63,728 nucleotides of DNA, filler included, from Thraustochytrium aureum (GCA_012862495.1; 4 parts of 3 records of this genome joined end to end with filler, not necessarily neighbours in it), one strand, 5' to 3'. Shown: positions 11,362 to 22,587, counted from the whole stretch's first letter. Numbers and translations are program-made. The notes: generated by a model not told the origin, from the sequence alone.

Positions 11362-12334
11362 GCCGCGTCGAGGCCCCTGGCATGATCTCCCGCATCACCT
11401 CCTGCTGGCGCTGCTTGTTTACTGTCCAGAGCCCGTTGAGCATGTGGATGCAGGCCTGGTTGTTCTCCACCCACTGCAAGAAGCGCACGGTCTGCGAGGG
11501 CGAGATGATGCTGAGGATCTTGTCGATCTGCTTGCGGCGAACGTCCATGTTGTAATGCACCTCTTTCTCAAACTTGTTGAGCGAGACGAGGCACTTCTTC
11601 ATGGACGTGTTTTGCGCCCCAAGCTGTGCGCGCTGCTCCTTGAGCCGGTTCTTTTGCTCCTCGTCAAGCTGCAGCTCGGTGCACAGCATGTTCCAGATGC
11701 TTCCAGGGCTCGTGTCTGCATAAAAGTCGTCGTCCTGCTTGAGGATCCAAAGCAGCATTTTGCTCACCTGCGTGGGCAGCAGCAGCTGCTCCAGCTGCGT
11801 GATGTGCACCTTGACGAGCTTGTGCCGCTCCTCGCCAAAGTCAGAATACGTCTCCGAGTAGGTGTGCAGACGCCGTACGACGTCCCCGTCCGAGCACTTT
11901 TGGTCCAGCATCTGGTTCATCGAGCGCACTTCGCGAAGGCGCCGGGCCTCGTCGTCCTTGCCGCGATTCCCCCGTCCGCTCGTGGCCTCGCCCAGCTTGT
12001 TTTGCGCCATCTTGAGCTTGAGCTCCAGCTGCCGGTTGTTTTCCCGCAGCACAGAGACCTCATCCATCAGGGCTTCGATGCGCTCGCGCTTGCGCTTGCG
12101 GCAGTTGCGGGCGATCTCCCTATTCCGCTCCAGCCGCTCCTTCTTCCGCCGCTCTCTTTCTGGGGCGTCGATCGTATGGTCGCGGTCGATCTCGTCCACG
12201 CCGCTATTGAGAAACTCCTCGTCAAAGTCACCGCGCAGCAGCTGCTCGTCGTCGTCAAAGTTGATCCCGCCCATGAACGCGCTGTCCGAAAAGAGCGTAT
12301 CGCCCGTCGACGGGGGCGGAGGAGCTCCAGCCAT
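11243..12334 (-). CDS. bZIP transcription factor
   Basis: Basic region RRKKERLERNREIARNCRKRKRE followed by a leucine zipper; ATG at 12334 (MAGAPPP). Confidence 0.9.
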   Translation of the reverse strand: MAGAPPPPSTGDTLFSDSAFMGGINFDDDEQLLRGDFDEEFLNSGVDEIDRDHTIDAPERERRKKERLERNREIARNCRKRKRERIEALMDEVSVLRENNRQLELKLKMAQNKLGEATSGRGNRGKDDEARRLREVRSMNQMLDQKCSDGDVVRRLHTYSETYSDFGEERHKLVKVHITQLEQLLLPTQVSKMLLWILKQDDDFYADTSPGSIWNMLCTELQLDEEQKNRLKEQRAQLGAQNTSMKKCLVSLNKFEKEVHYNMDVRRKQIDKILSIISPSQTVRFLQWVENNQACIHMLNGLWTVNKQRQQEVMREIMPGASTRPAESGGAFSAGSRGASEDPGAASTTGAGESESKRQKTSQ

Positions 12335-13159
12335 CTCGCCCGCGCCTTGCCCCCTTGCCTTGCCGCCCAGCTTCGCGCCCGCCTCGCCACGTCCTTGAAG
12401 GCCGCGGTGGCCACGTCCCCGGGCTCGACCGGCGCGACAATGCGCCAAATCGCCCGCCGCGAGACAAACCAATGCCTGCACGAGCCGCGAGCAGCGGACG
12501 ACGGCGCGCAGAGCACGACAAAGCAAGCAAGCAAGCAAGCAAGACAGACAGACAGACAAGCTGGCTGGCAGGCTGGCTGGCTGGCTGGAAGACAGACGGA
12601 GGAGGGAGGGGCCGCGGCCGGCCGCCGCTGAGCGCGAGAGAGCGCAGCGCGAAGCGAGTCTGTCCGTCCACGCTCTTCAGCTCTTCGGAGCCTCGGCGGG
12701 ATCCGCTATGGCGCACTGCAGCTTGTGGCAGCAGAAGGGTGACGTGCTGTGCGGCCAAGTACTCAGCCGCAGCTTGCAGTTACGCTGATGGCGTAGTGCG
12801 CGGTCGCCGCAGGGGACGGTGACGTGGCGCGCCGCTCCTGTCGCGAAGGTGCGCGGAATCCGCTATGGCGTCACGGTAGCTCCCCGCCCTTGTAAATGAC
12901 GTATGTTTTCGCAAGTAAGCAACGAACAGGACGAGCAATAGAATAGAGTCTACCTCGTACAGGGAGCACATGCAGGCTGTGGCGGGGGCGAAACGCGAGC
13001 GCAGGAAGGAAGGAAGGAAGGACCCCGAACGGCCTGGTGTGGAGCGGTGTGGAGCGGTGTGGAGCGCTCGCGGCCGTGGAAGATTGACGGCGCACGGACC
13101 TGCGGAATCGGCGTGCGGCTGGCTTTGCGTCGCGTTTGACCCGCGGTCTCGCGGTCGGG

Positions 13160-13387
13160 ATGGACGCACAGGACACCGCGAGCCAACGCGGCGCGAAACG
13201 CAGCTCGCAGGACTTGCAGGCGGAGCTGGATGAACAGAAACACCTGAATGAGGTGATGCATGCATTCAGCGAGTATCAGGTGGATATGATGATGGAGGTG
13301 AGCAGGAGGGAGCGGAACGTGAGGCAGTGCAAGCCTCTGGTGGAACGCCTTCCTGGCGGGGAAAGTGGACTGGTCAAATTGCTGAAC
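13160..13387 (+). CDS. N-terminal fragment, possibly carnosine N-methyltransferase (N2227-like), truncated at the scaffold end
   Basis: EQKHLNEVMHAFSEY...EVSRRER...LP resembles the CARNMT1 N-terminal helices; only 76 codons are available. Confidence 0.4.
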
Positions 13388-13487
13388 NNNNNNNNNNNNN
13401 NNNNNNNNNNNNNNNNNNNNNNNNNNNNNNNTTAATTAATTAANNNNNNNNNNNNNNNNNNNNNNNNNNNNNNNNNNNNNNNNNNNN
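13388..13487. other. Artificial scaffold spacer N44-TTAATTAATTAA-N44
   Basis: Six-frame stop linker at 13432-13443 inside an exact 100-nt block. Confidence 0.95.
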
Positions 13488-13514
13488 CGCTGTGCACGCT
13501 CCTTGCACATTGCG

Positions 13515-14504
13515 CTAAATCTTGAGCGAGTCCGTCTGCGGCGAGATGAGCGAGTCAAGGTCGAGCTTGGTGGACGTGTGGTTGGTCAGCTTCTTGACGG
13601 CTTTCACCTCAGAGATCTCAAAGTCATCAAAATCCGAGTCGTCGTCTGCCGCCGCCTGTTGCCGCTTGCGGTACATGCGCCACACCCCGAACGCCGCGAA
13701 AGCGGCAAAGGAGCTCCCAAGAACTCCACCCAGAATCGGGCCCAAGAGGCTCAAGCCCTCGTCCTCGCCTTGGCCACCAGAATCAGACGACTGCGAAGGC
13801 TGTTGCGAAGACGACGGCGAGGGTGGCTCCACTTGCAAAGATGAAGGTGACTGTGAAGGCTGGGAAGAAGGCGCCGCTGGAGGCTCAAACTCGATGGAGA
13901 GTGAAGCGACTTTGGCGGCGTCCGCATCGAAAGTATAGGCAGAGCGGGCCTGATTGCCCTGCGCCGGTTCAGCATTGCCACCATTCGCAATGAGCAGGGC
14001 AATGCTTGACCTTTCGTTCCAACTGTCCCCGTCAACGAGCTCCTGAAGCACAGCAGAGAGGTCGGGTGTCGCGTACGCGCCGTTCGCCTGCCACGGCGGA
14101 ATTTTGGTCCAGAGGACCGCCTTCTCTGTGGGCGGGCGGCTAGTCAAGTCATTTGGGGCGACTTTGAACGGGCGCCCGTCCGGCGTCCCGCGAAGCTCGA
14201 GCCTTGCCTCGCCGCCTTGCGAGGCTGCCCGGCAAGTGAATGTCAGAACGGCCTTCGCGAGTTTGGAGCCCCGCGGGATTCCGGCGTCGCGGAAGATGAT
14301 CCCGGACACGGAAGGCTGGCCGGCGTTGCTCCAAGGCATATCGAGGTCTGGGCTGACGAGGTTTACCACTCCGCCCGACTCTTCCGCGTCGTCCTCTGAA
14401 TTGGAAACGCTCAAGACCACGGCCGTGGCGGCACTCGCCGGAGAAGCGCCTTGTGCGAGGAGCAGCATCCCGGCGGCCACGGTAGCCGCGTCGAGCGACC
14501 GCAT
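13515..14504 (-). CDS. Type I membrane protein: signal peptide, bacterial-like 'SxDDAEE...TPDL' beta-rich domain, Ser/Pro/Gln stalk, TM helix, short tail
   Basis: Signal MRSLDAATVAAGMLLLAQGASPASA; TM LLGPILGGVLGSSFAAFAAFGVW followed by RMYRKR. Confidence 0.75.
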   Translation of the reverse strand: MRSLDAATVAAGMLLLAQGASPASAATAVVLSVSNSEDDAEESGGVVNLVSPDLDMPWSNAGQPSVSGIIFRDAGIPRGSKLAKAVLTFTCRAASQGGEARLELRGTPDGRPFKVAPNDLTSRPPTEKAVLWTKIPPWQANGAYATPDLSAVLQELVDGDSWNERSSIALLIANGGNAEPAQGNQARSAYTFDADAAKVASLSIEFEPPAAPSSQPSQSPSSLQVEPPSPSSSQQPSQSSDSGGQGEDEGLSLLGPILGGVLGSSFAAFAAFGVWRMYRKRQQAAADDDSDFDDFEISEVKAVKKLTNHTSTKLDLDSLISPQTDSLKI

Positions 14505-15810
14505 GCTCGAGGCGCTTTGCGCGAACCGCGCGCGCTCGGTCTTGTGCTCTGTGCGCTTTGGGTCNNNNNNNNNNNNNNNNNNNNNNNNNNNNNNNNNNNN
14601 NNNNNNNNNNNNNNNNNNNNNNNNNNNNNNNNNNNNNNNNNNNNNNNNNNNNNNNNNNNNNNNNNNNNNNNNNNNNNNNNNNNNNNNNNNNNNNNNNNNN
14701 NNNNNNNNNNNNNNNNNNNNNNNNNNNNNNNNNNNNNNNNNNNNNNNNNNNNNNNNNNNNNNNNNNNNNNNNNNNNNNNNNNNNNNNNNNNNNNNNNNNN
14801 NNNNNNNNNNNNNNNNNNNNNNNNNNNNNNNNNNNNNNNNNNNNNNNNNNNNNNNNNNNNNNNNNNNNNNNNNNNNNNNNNNNNNNNNNNNNNNNNNNNN
14901 NNNNNNNNNNNNNNNNNNNNNNNNNNNNNNNNNNNNNNNNNNNNNNNNNNNNNNNNNNNNNNNNNNNNNNNNNNNNNNNNNNNNNNNNNNNNNNNNNNNN
15001 NNNNNNNNNNNNNNNNNNNNNNNNNNNNNNNNNNNNNNNNNNNNNNNNNNNNNNNNNNNNNNNNNNNNNNNNNNNNNNNNNNNNNNNNNNNNNNNNNNNN
15101 NNNNNNNNNNNNNNNNNNNNNNNNNNNNNNNNNNNNNNNNNNNNNNNNNNNNNNNNNNNNNNNNNNNNNNNNNNNNNNNNNNNNNNNNNNNNNNNNNNNN
15201 NNNNNNNNNNNNNNNNNNNNNNNNNNNNNNNNNNNNNNNNNNNNNNNNNNNNNNNNNNNNNNNNNNNNNNNNNNNNNNNNNNNNNNNNNNNNNNNNNNNN
15301 NNNNNNNNNNNNNNNNNNNNNNNTGAACCGCTTGCGCGAGGAATGCGCCAGGCGGCTCGAGCCCAACCCTTTTTAACTTTGCTCAAAAGTAAACCACCCA
15401 CGCTTCTCTCCAATCTCCCGCCCGGTGAGCACTGCCCGGACAAGGTACCGGTAGGTCGCCGATTCGTTGATATCCGGCGGCGAGCAAATCGAGCCGAGTG
15501 AACAACTGTGCCCTTCGCAGCAAGCGAGGAACAGCCCCACAGAGCGAGCAGACCTGCAATCCACCGGGAGGAGCAGCGCCGCGAGGAGACGAGAGAGCCC
15601 GCAGGAACCAGTACTCCGCGCGCGCGCGCCTCGTGCACGTGCCAGTGGTCGCCGCAGCGCCGCAGCGCCGCAGCGCACAAGCACACGCCAGCGGGCGAGG
15701 CCCAGCCCGTTGGAACGTCGCTACCCCCAGCGGCCACCCCCCCTTTCGCACAGCAAACGAGCAGAGTCGGTCCAGGACCAAGGCAGGCCCCCGCGCGGCA
15801 AGAGGGAAGG

Positions 15811-16500
15811 ATGCTCTCCTCCGGCGGCAACAACATCAAGTTCGTGGCGGTTGCGCGCGCCAGCGACGGCACCCTCGTCGCCTCCTACGTGCCCCAAAAG
15901 GGCGACTATGAGGTCGACAAGTACCACAACGCGGTGCAGGAAGTGCTCTGCGCGCCCGACTTTCAGTACAAAGTTACCCCTGGTTCGCGGTACCGCTTGG
16001 TCGGGGACCTCAACGCGTTCAACTTCACCACGGACGTGCAGCAGCGCGTCTACATCGTCATCACCGTCGCAAACTACCCAGAGCGCCTCGTGTTTCCGAT
16101 GATCAACGAGCTCATTCCCCAGTTCAAGCAAGAGTTTGGCGAGCGCGCGCTTACCTGCGAGGCCGGCGCCCTCAACAAAAAGGTCGAAGGCCTCTTTTCC
16201 AGGCTCGTCAAAGAATACGACGACCCGGCCTCCAAGGACAAGCTCGCGCAAGTTCAGAGCAAGGTGGAGGACGTAAAGCTCACTATGCACTCCAACATCG
16301 ACGGGATGCTCCGCAACCTGGACAAGACGGAACAGATTGAAACCGATACGCAGCGCCTGCAAGACCAGGCCCGTCTCTTCGACAAGCAGGCGGCCACGCT
16401 CAAGCGCCGCGAGCAGTGGAAATCCTGGAAGCTGACGCTCCTTATCGGCGGGATCATTCTTGTCATCCTCATCATCCTCATCGTCTCTCTTGCCAAGTAG
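15811..16500 (+). CDS. VAMP7: Longin R-SNARE, VAMP7-like
   Basis: Longin domain (FVAVARASDG...YPERLVF), synaptobrevin coil (DKLAQVQSKVEDVKLTMHSNID) and C-terminal TM. Confidence 0.88.
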   Translation: MLSSGGNNIKFVAVARASDGTLVASYVPQKGDYEVDKYHNAVQEVLCAPDFQYKVTPGSRYRLVGDLNAFNFTTDVQQRVYIVITVANYPERLVFPMINELIPQFKQEFGERALTCEAGALNKKVEGLFSRLVKEYDDPASKDKLAQVQSKVEDVKLTMHSNIDGMLRNLDKTEQIETDTQRLQDQARLFDKQAATLKRREQWKSWKLTLLIGGIILVILIILIVSLAK

Positions 16501-17163
16501 GCGGGCGTGTGCAGACTGCTTCGGCGCGGGAAGGGCTCTGCGAGGTCCACTCGCCCCTTCTCCCTTCCTTGCTCCGAACACAAGGCGCCGCAAGTGCATC
16601 AAGGGCCCACCAGAGATTCCTACCAATACATACAGCATTTTCGAAAGTGGAGCGATCCTGATCTCCTTTGTTTCCGCGCCTGGCTGAGAGATGCAATTCG
16701 GGGGGCGGCGCAGCGAGCGCTTTCGCTGCCTTGCAACTTGTCCAATCCTGTGCTNNNNNNNNNNNNNNNNNNNNNNNNNNNNNNNNNNNNNNNNNNNNNN
16801 NNNNNNNNNNNNNNNNNNNNNNNNNNNNNNNNNNNNNNNNNNNNNNNNNNNNNNNNNNNNNNNNNNNNNNNNNNNNNNNNNNNNNNNNNNNNNNNNNNNN
16901 NNNNNNNNNNNNNNNNNNNNNNNNNNNNNNNNNNNNNNNNNNNNNNNNNNNNNNNNNNNNNNNNNNNNNNNNNNNNNNNNNNNNNNNNNNNNNNNNNNNN
17001 NNNNNNNNNNNNNNNNNNNNNNNNNNNNNNNNNNNNNNNNNNNNNNNNNNNNNNNNNNNNNNNNNTTTTCCTTTTCTCTCACCTCAATTCTTCTCTCTCC
17101 GAGCAAGAAAGGGCGCACGAAGCAGTGTCCTGTCTTCGCCAAGTCCTCGCCACGTCGTCCCTC

Positions 17164-18856
17164 CTACACCCAGCGCCCGCTCGGGTTGCGGCGTTGGCCA
17201 CCCACGAACGAGTCGCTGAGGTCGTCCCAGGCAGCGCGAGGCTTGGTCACTAGCGGCGCAGTTGGTGACACAGGGGCTCTGTACCGTGCGCGCAGGTCGT
17301 TCTGCATTTTCTCGCGCTGGCGGCGAGCAGCATCGCGCGCCATTCGCTCCTCGAACGTGTCGTCCGTCAGGCTCGGCTCGAAATCCGACCGCCTGTATGC
17401 GCCTGCTTCGAGTCGCGGACTAAAGGTGCATCCCGCATTGAGAGCAGCGTCGCGTTCAGCCAAAAGCCGCTTGGCATCTCGTCGCCTGGCGTCATTCTCC
17501 ATGCGCCGCATAAAGTCGGCCTGGACGTGCTCCCAGCGCTGAGGGGCTGGCCGAAGAGTGCGCGAGACACCATAGTCGGGGTCGTAGACGGTTTTCTCGG
17601 GAATGTGGAACGAAGGGGCCGTCTTCGCTTCGATCTCGGCGCGCTTTTCCTCTCGCTCGCTCATTTTGGACTCGACGCGGTCCAAGAAACGGTCCTTGAC
17701 GTCCTCCCACAGCACCTTGTGCCGAAAGGCTTGCTTGCAACTTACGGCACTTGTTCTTGTGGCTCCGGTACTCGTCGTACGACTGCTCGGCGGCGCATGA
17801 AGGACAAGTTTTCTTGTCGACGCGAGCGTCGTACTCCGCCTTGGCACGCCGCGTCTCCATCGCCTGAACCTTGGATTCGTGGGCCGTCTCGAATCGCTTC
17901 AGAAAGGGCCCACTGCCGCGAATCATGGATTGGCTCGACTTGTTGATTTTCGGCTGGAAAGTGCAGTTCTTCTCGTCGTCCTCTTTGGCCATCGTCGGGT
18001 TCGACTTGCCCCGCCGCATGCGTGCTGGGGCGTTCGTGCGGCTCAGGCGCTCCCTGGACGACTGGATGGACGCGCGCCGCTGTGCGCCGTTCGCGGCGGT
18101 TGAAAGCCGCGTTGAGGTCGTCATCGCTGAACTCGCCGAGTTGCGCCGGGGGCGACCGGCAGGCGCGGTGCTCGGCCGCGACGCAGCGCTCACCGCCGTG
18201 CCGTAGAGCAGGTCCATGGCAGCGAGCTTGCGCGCTCGGCGCTCTGCCCCAGTTGTTGCAAACGAGGGTTTCCGGGTAAACTGCTCCTCGGCGGCAGCTT
18301 GGCTTCGGTTCAGGGTTTGCTCCGGCGAGCTCAGACCAGCGCGCTCCAAGGGCCTTGCATCTTTGTCTGAGATGGCACCATGAGTCGGGGCCGATCCACT
18401 TTCAGCGCCGCTTGCCCCGTCGGGGAGCTCGGTTGTGGCAGCGGCGTCCATGAGCACGTCGTTAGCCGCAGCCTCGATGACGGTCTTGGCGCTCGCCTCG
18501 AGCGCGTCGCGCGTGGTGCTGCTTGGCTCTTTCCGGCGCTCGCTTTCCGCGCTGGTTCCGAGCACCGCAGCGGCGGTTGCTTTGAGAATATCACTGCGCT
18601 CGAGGTCGCTGCGCTCGCCCTTGGCCACATTTTCGTCGACGGGCTGCGTCTCGCGACTGGCTGCTTGGAGCAGGCCTGCGACCGCTGTCTTTGCGGCGTC
18701 GTCCTCTGGCGCCGTGGCCACGCGCTGGCCGACCCCCATCGCAGAGTTCGCTTGCGAAAGGTGCGGCTCGGCGCCGGCAATCTCCGCGCTGGGCGAGCTC
18801 GGCTCCGGTCGCCCATCTCGCGCACCCCCCGCGTCTTGGATCTCCGCCGCAGTCAT
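17164..18856 (-). CDS. Uncharacterised protein with CTFxP motifs and a CxxC..CxxC zinc ribbon; frameshift near 17740
   Basis: ORF 17492..18862 (CTFQPKIN, CPSC, KNKCRK) joins ORF 17164..17847 (CKQAFRHK, CTFSPRL). Confidence 0.65.
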
Positions 18857-19214
18857 CGCCACCCTGTCCGTGCTAGCTAGCTAGAGGCCGAACACGGAGC
18901 GAGCAGGCGGCTGCGCCTCTGTCAGCTCGTCCCCGCCGGAGGCGAGTCGTCCGTGACGCGTGCCTCCTCAGCAACGCGNNNNNNNNNNNNNNNNNNNNNN
19001 NNNNNNNNNNNNNNNNNNNNNNNNNNNNNNNNNNNNNNNNNNNNNNNNNNNNNNNNNNNNNNNNNNNNNNNNNNNNNNNNNNNNNNNNNNNNNNNNNNNN
19101 NNNNNNNNNNNNNNNNNNNNNNNNNNNNNNNNNNNNNNNNNNNNNNNNNNNNNNNNNNNNNNNNNNNNNNNNNNNNNNNNNNNNNNNNNNNNNNNNNNNN
19201 NNNNNNNNNNNNNN

Positions 19215-19316
19215 CGCCTGCGTGTCCGTGAGGTCCTGCCGGAGCTGGCGCCTGCGTGTCCGTGAGGTCCTGCCGGAGCTGGCGCGTGCGTGTCCGTGAG
19301 GTCCTGCCGGAGCTGG
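19215..19316. repeat. 34-bp tandem repeat, 3 copies, next to a gap
   Basis: CGCCTGCGTGTCCGTGAGGTCCTGCCGGAGCTGG x3. Confidence 0.9.
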
Positions 19317-19513
19317 CCAGAGGTCTGCCCGGCAACGTCCGCATCGGCGGTCGCATCGGCAGTCGAATTGGCGCTCAACGGATACAGCGGCTGCCCGTTC
19401 GTTGTTCTCTGTGGCGTGGCGGTGTCGCGGCTTGTGCAGGCCGTGGTGCGGCGGCTGCTGGCGGCGGAGGAGCGCGTGCTGTTGTGGCTGCTGGCGCAGG
19501 AGCGCTCGAGGCC

Positions 19514-20539
19514 ATGTGCGGCCGAGGCCGGTTCAACCTGGCGGCCGCCGACGTCGCTGGGGCCTGCGGCGTCGGCGCGCCTGCGAGGCTCCGGGGCGGC
19601 GAGGGCGACGAGGCGGAACCGGAGGAGCCCGACCTGCGCAGAGACAACTTTGGCCCTGGCATGGCCTGCTTCATCGTGTGCCACAACCCGGAGTCTGGAG
19701 CGAACGCCGTGCGCAAAGCGCAGTGGGGCCTGGTGCGGGCCACGGACAAGGGGCCCGTCTCGTCGAGCAGTTTTTTCAACATGTTCAACGCGCGCGCCGA
19801 CCGACTCGAGCAGGTGCACCAGCGCCTCCTTGGGCGCAAGCACTGCGTCGCGGTGTTCAACGGGTTTTACGAATGGAAAAAGTCGGTGGACGCCCTTTCG
19901 AAAAAGCTCGAGCGGCAGCCCTACTACGTGCACCCGGAACACAAAGGACCGCTTTGCATGGCTGGCCTGTACGACGAGCGCGTTGACCCAGAGACGGGCG
20001 AGACGCTGACCACGTTTTCGATCATCACTGTCGACTCGAGCCCGAAGCTGGCTTGGCTGCACGACCGCATGCCCGCCGTGCTCTCCACACCCGAAAAGAT
20101 ATCTGCGTGGCTGAGCGCGAAAGAGTGGAACGATGGCTTGGGCCGGCTGCTCGCGCCCGAGAACGAGGGCCTTGCGTGGCACCCGGTCAGCAAGGCCATA
20201 GGTTCCACCAAGTTCCAGGGCCCTGAATGCGCTGCGCCTGTCAAGCTGCCCAAGCCGGAGCGCTCTGTCGCTTCATTTTTCGCGGCCAAGCCTGCCGCAA
20301 AATCAGCCCCGCTGGTCAAATCTGAAAAGCCAACTCCGCAAGAGGCCTGCGCAGAGAGGCCTGGACTCTTCACTCGTGCAAGAGACGAGTCGGAGGGGCC
20401 GGTGGAAGCGGCGGGACCTGAGGGCGCTAAAAAGAGGGCCACGGTCCCCAGCGGGCCAGGATCGAAATCGCCGTCACCGAAGAAGCGTCCCAAGGGCCAA
20501 GCTGCGCTGACCTCTTTTTTCGCAGCAAAGCCCACGTAG
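19514..20539 (+). CDS. HMCES: SRAP-domain abasic-site processing protein (HMCES/YedK family)
   Basis: N-terminal MCGR (catalytic Cys2), WGL, FNAR, GFYEW, MAGLY, TFSIIT and HDRMP. Confidence 0.92.
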   Translation: MCGRGRFNLAAADVAGACGVGAPARLRGGEGDEAEPEEPDLRRDNFGPGMACFIVCHNPESGANAVRKAQWGLVRATDKGPVSSSSFFNMFNARADRLEQVHQRLLGRKHCVAVFNGFYEWKKSVDALSKKLERQPYYVHPEHKGPLCMAGLYDERVDPETGETLTTFSIITVDSSPKLAWLHDRMPAVLSTPEKISAWLSAKEWNDGLGRLLAPENEGLAWHPVSKAIGSTKFQGPECAAPVKLPKPERSVASFFAAKPAAKSAPLVKSEKPTPQEACAERPGLFTRARDESEGPVEAAGPEGAKKRATVPSGPGSKSPSPKKRPKGQAALTSFFAAKPT

Positions 20540-20811
20540 GGTCGTCTTGTACGCGAGCGCGGTACCTTGGACCTTGCAACTTCCTAGGCCAACTAATTGT
20601 TTGGTTCAATTCGCTACCGACTGGCCCTTGAACAGACCTTGCATGGCATCGGCCAGCGACCTCACGCGTCGGGCCACTGCTATCCGCTATTTTCAGGATC
20701 TCAAGCTCTATCCCAAGCTCTATCTCTACTAGAGAGACCCGCATGGATCATCAAGAAGCCAAGAATCGACGACGCGCGACCCTGCCGATCGCCCATCGCT
20801 CCTGTGGCGCC

Positions 20812-22143
20812 TCACGCCTTCGCGTCGAACGAGCTGCTCGAACCAAAGGCGCGCTCACCGAAACTCCTGTAGCTCGCCCTCACAAGCTCTGGGGCGGCAG
20901 AATGCACGTAGGCAAAGGTGCTGACGCTGTATAGAAACGCGAGCAGTTGGACGGAACGCCACGGCCACGACCCCTCCCGGCCGCGACAGACTTGGTTCCA
21001 CTTTGCCTCAAGGGCCTTGGCAAAAACAAACAGGGCGACCTCAAGACGCCTGCTCTTGTGTTCGATAAAGGCGCTGGAACTGGAGAGAGCCGCAGCAAGC
21101 CCAAAAATGGCCTGGGCCCCGCTCCCGAGGTTGGAGTAAGTAAACCCGAGCGAGCGCAGCGCGCTCGCGAGGGAGAACGCAGAGGTGCAGAACACGGAAA
21201 CAAACACGCTGGAGCGCAGCACCCCCAGGCCAACTCGCGCCGCGGTTTCCCCCGGCCGCGCCAACGCTTGGCGCGGCCTGGCAAGTGCCGGGAGCGCAAA
21301 GACGGCGACGTGCATAGGCACGGCAATCTTCATCATCTTGCAGAAGAACACGACCATGTGCGTCGCGAGGCCCCGCCTCGGGTGGAGGAGCTCCCCGCCT
21401 GGCCACTGGTCATACCCGAGAGGGTCGACCAGCTGGCGGGCCCCAATGTGGGCTCTAGCTTTGTTCAGAGCTTCCAGCTCGAGCGGCAGCCCGAGCTGCG
21501 CGCGGCCCAAATTGCTTTTCACTGCCGGTGGGATTTGACTTGCGCGGTCAATGAAAGACAGATACGACCGGTCGATCGAATGTGGGTGAAACACATAGCT
21601 ATGGACCATGGAGCCGCTCGACAGGGCCAGCAGCGCCGTGTCTCCGTGCACAAGGCTAGGGACCCAGCCCCATTGCGCGACAAGTTTGGCCTGCAGTTCG
21701 AGAGCTCTGGCGAGGGCAAAGAGAGCGACGGCGCCGCGCCGATCCCGCGGCAGCCACAGAAGCGCGAGGCCCGACAGCGCGCCAGCTAGCGCTGCGCTTC
21801 GTGGCCGGCTTGCAGGTGCGACGCGACGCGTGCCACAGAGGCACGCCTGATACCCGCCCAGCAAACTGGCCAGGAACAGCGCGTGCCGCCCCGCGTCTCG
21901 CGCCCACTCGGTTAGCGGGGGGCGCCCTCGAGGCCGCCCGAGCGCCGCGCGCAGCAGCTCTGGTGCAGCCAGCAACGCGAAGCGGCCGCCAAGCCCGACG
22001 GCAGCCCCAAGCGCGCCTTTTTCCAGCGCGGTGCGCAAAGCGCCTTGACGTTCGAGTTGGCTTGCATCCTCGTCGTGGGGCTCGATGAGGCCTTTCGCCT
22101 GCTTCTTTGCGTGGCCCGCGCCTCGCAGCTGCACGACGACCAT
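20812..22143 (-). CDS. TMEM135/PMP52-like multi-pass membrane protein
   Basis: ALFALARALE, SYLSFID, VLRSSVF and AFIEHKSRRLEVALF motifs. Confidence 0.8.
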   Translation of the reverse strand: MVVVQLRGAGHAKKQAKGLIEPHDEDASQLERQGALRTALEKGALGAAVGLGGRFALLAAPELLRAALGRPRGRPPLTEWARDAGRHALFLASLLGGYQACLCGTRRVAPASRPRSAALAGALSGLALLWLPRDRRGAVALFALARALELQAKLVAQWGWVPSLVHGDTALLALSSGSMVHSYVFHPHSIDRSYLSFIDRASQIPPAVKSNLGRAQLGLPLELEALNKARAHIGARQLVDPLGYDQWPGGELLHPRRGLATHMVVFFCKMMKIAVPMHVAVFALPALARPRQALARPGETAARVGLGVLRSSVFVSVFCTSAFSLASALRSLGFTYSNLGSGAQAIFGLAAALSSSSAFIEHKSRRLEVALFVFAKALEAKWNQVCRGREGSWPWRSVQLLAFLYSVSTFAYVHSAAPELVRASYRSFGERAFGSSSSFDAKA

Positions 22144-22587
22144 CGTTGCTGCTCTGCCTCGCTGCCAGGCAGAAAAGAAAGACTCGCGTGCGCGTCGACG
22201 TGAACGAGTATGACGAGTTGCACTGTGAGAACATGCATGAACACTTCGAAATGAAAGGGGATGTTNNNNNNNNNNNNNNNNNNNNNNNNNNNNNNNNNNN
22301 NNNNNNNNNNNNNNNNNNNNNNNNNNNNNNNNNNNNNNNNNNNNNNNNNNNNNNNNNNNNNNNNNNNNNNNNNNNNNNNNNNNNNNNNNNNNNNNNNNNN
22401 NNNNNNNNNNNNNNNNNNNNNNNNNNNNNNNNNNNNNNNNNNNNNNNNNNNNNNNNNNNNAATGCCAGGGTCGGCATGAGACCCAGGAACGTGACGCGCG
22501 CGACGGCCGATTGATGGGCGTTGCAGGCACTGCCAATGCAAGCGGCGCAAGCACGAGGAGGCCGCGGCGACTATTTTAGATTTTTTC

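Noticed and set aside
13432..13443. Palindromic TTAATTAATTAA occurring three times (also 44645 and 61693)
   Set aside because: It is always centred in an exact 100-nt N block, so it is an artificial six-frame-stop spacer; gene adjacency across it means nothing
19215..19316. 34-bp direct repeats of CRISPR-like length
   Set aside because: They are head-to-tail with no spacers, there are no cas genes, and the context is eukaryotic
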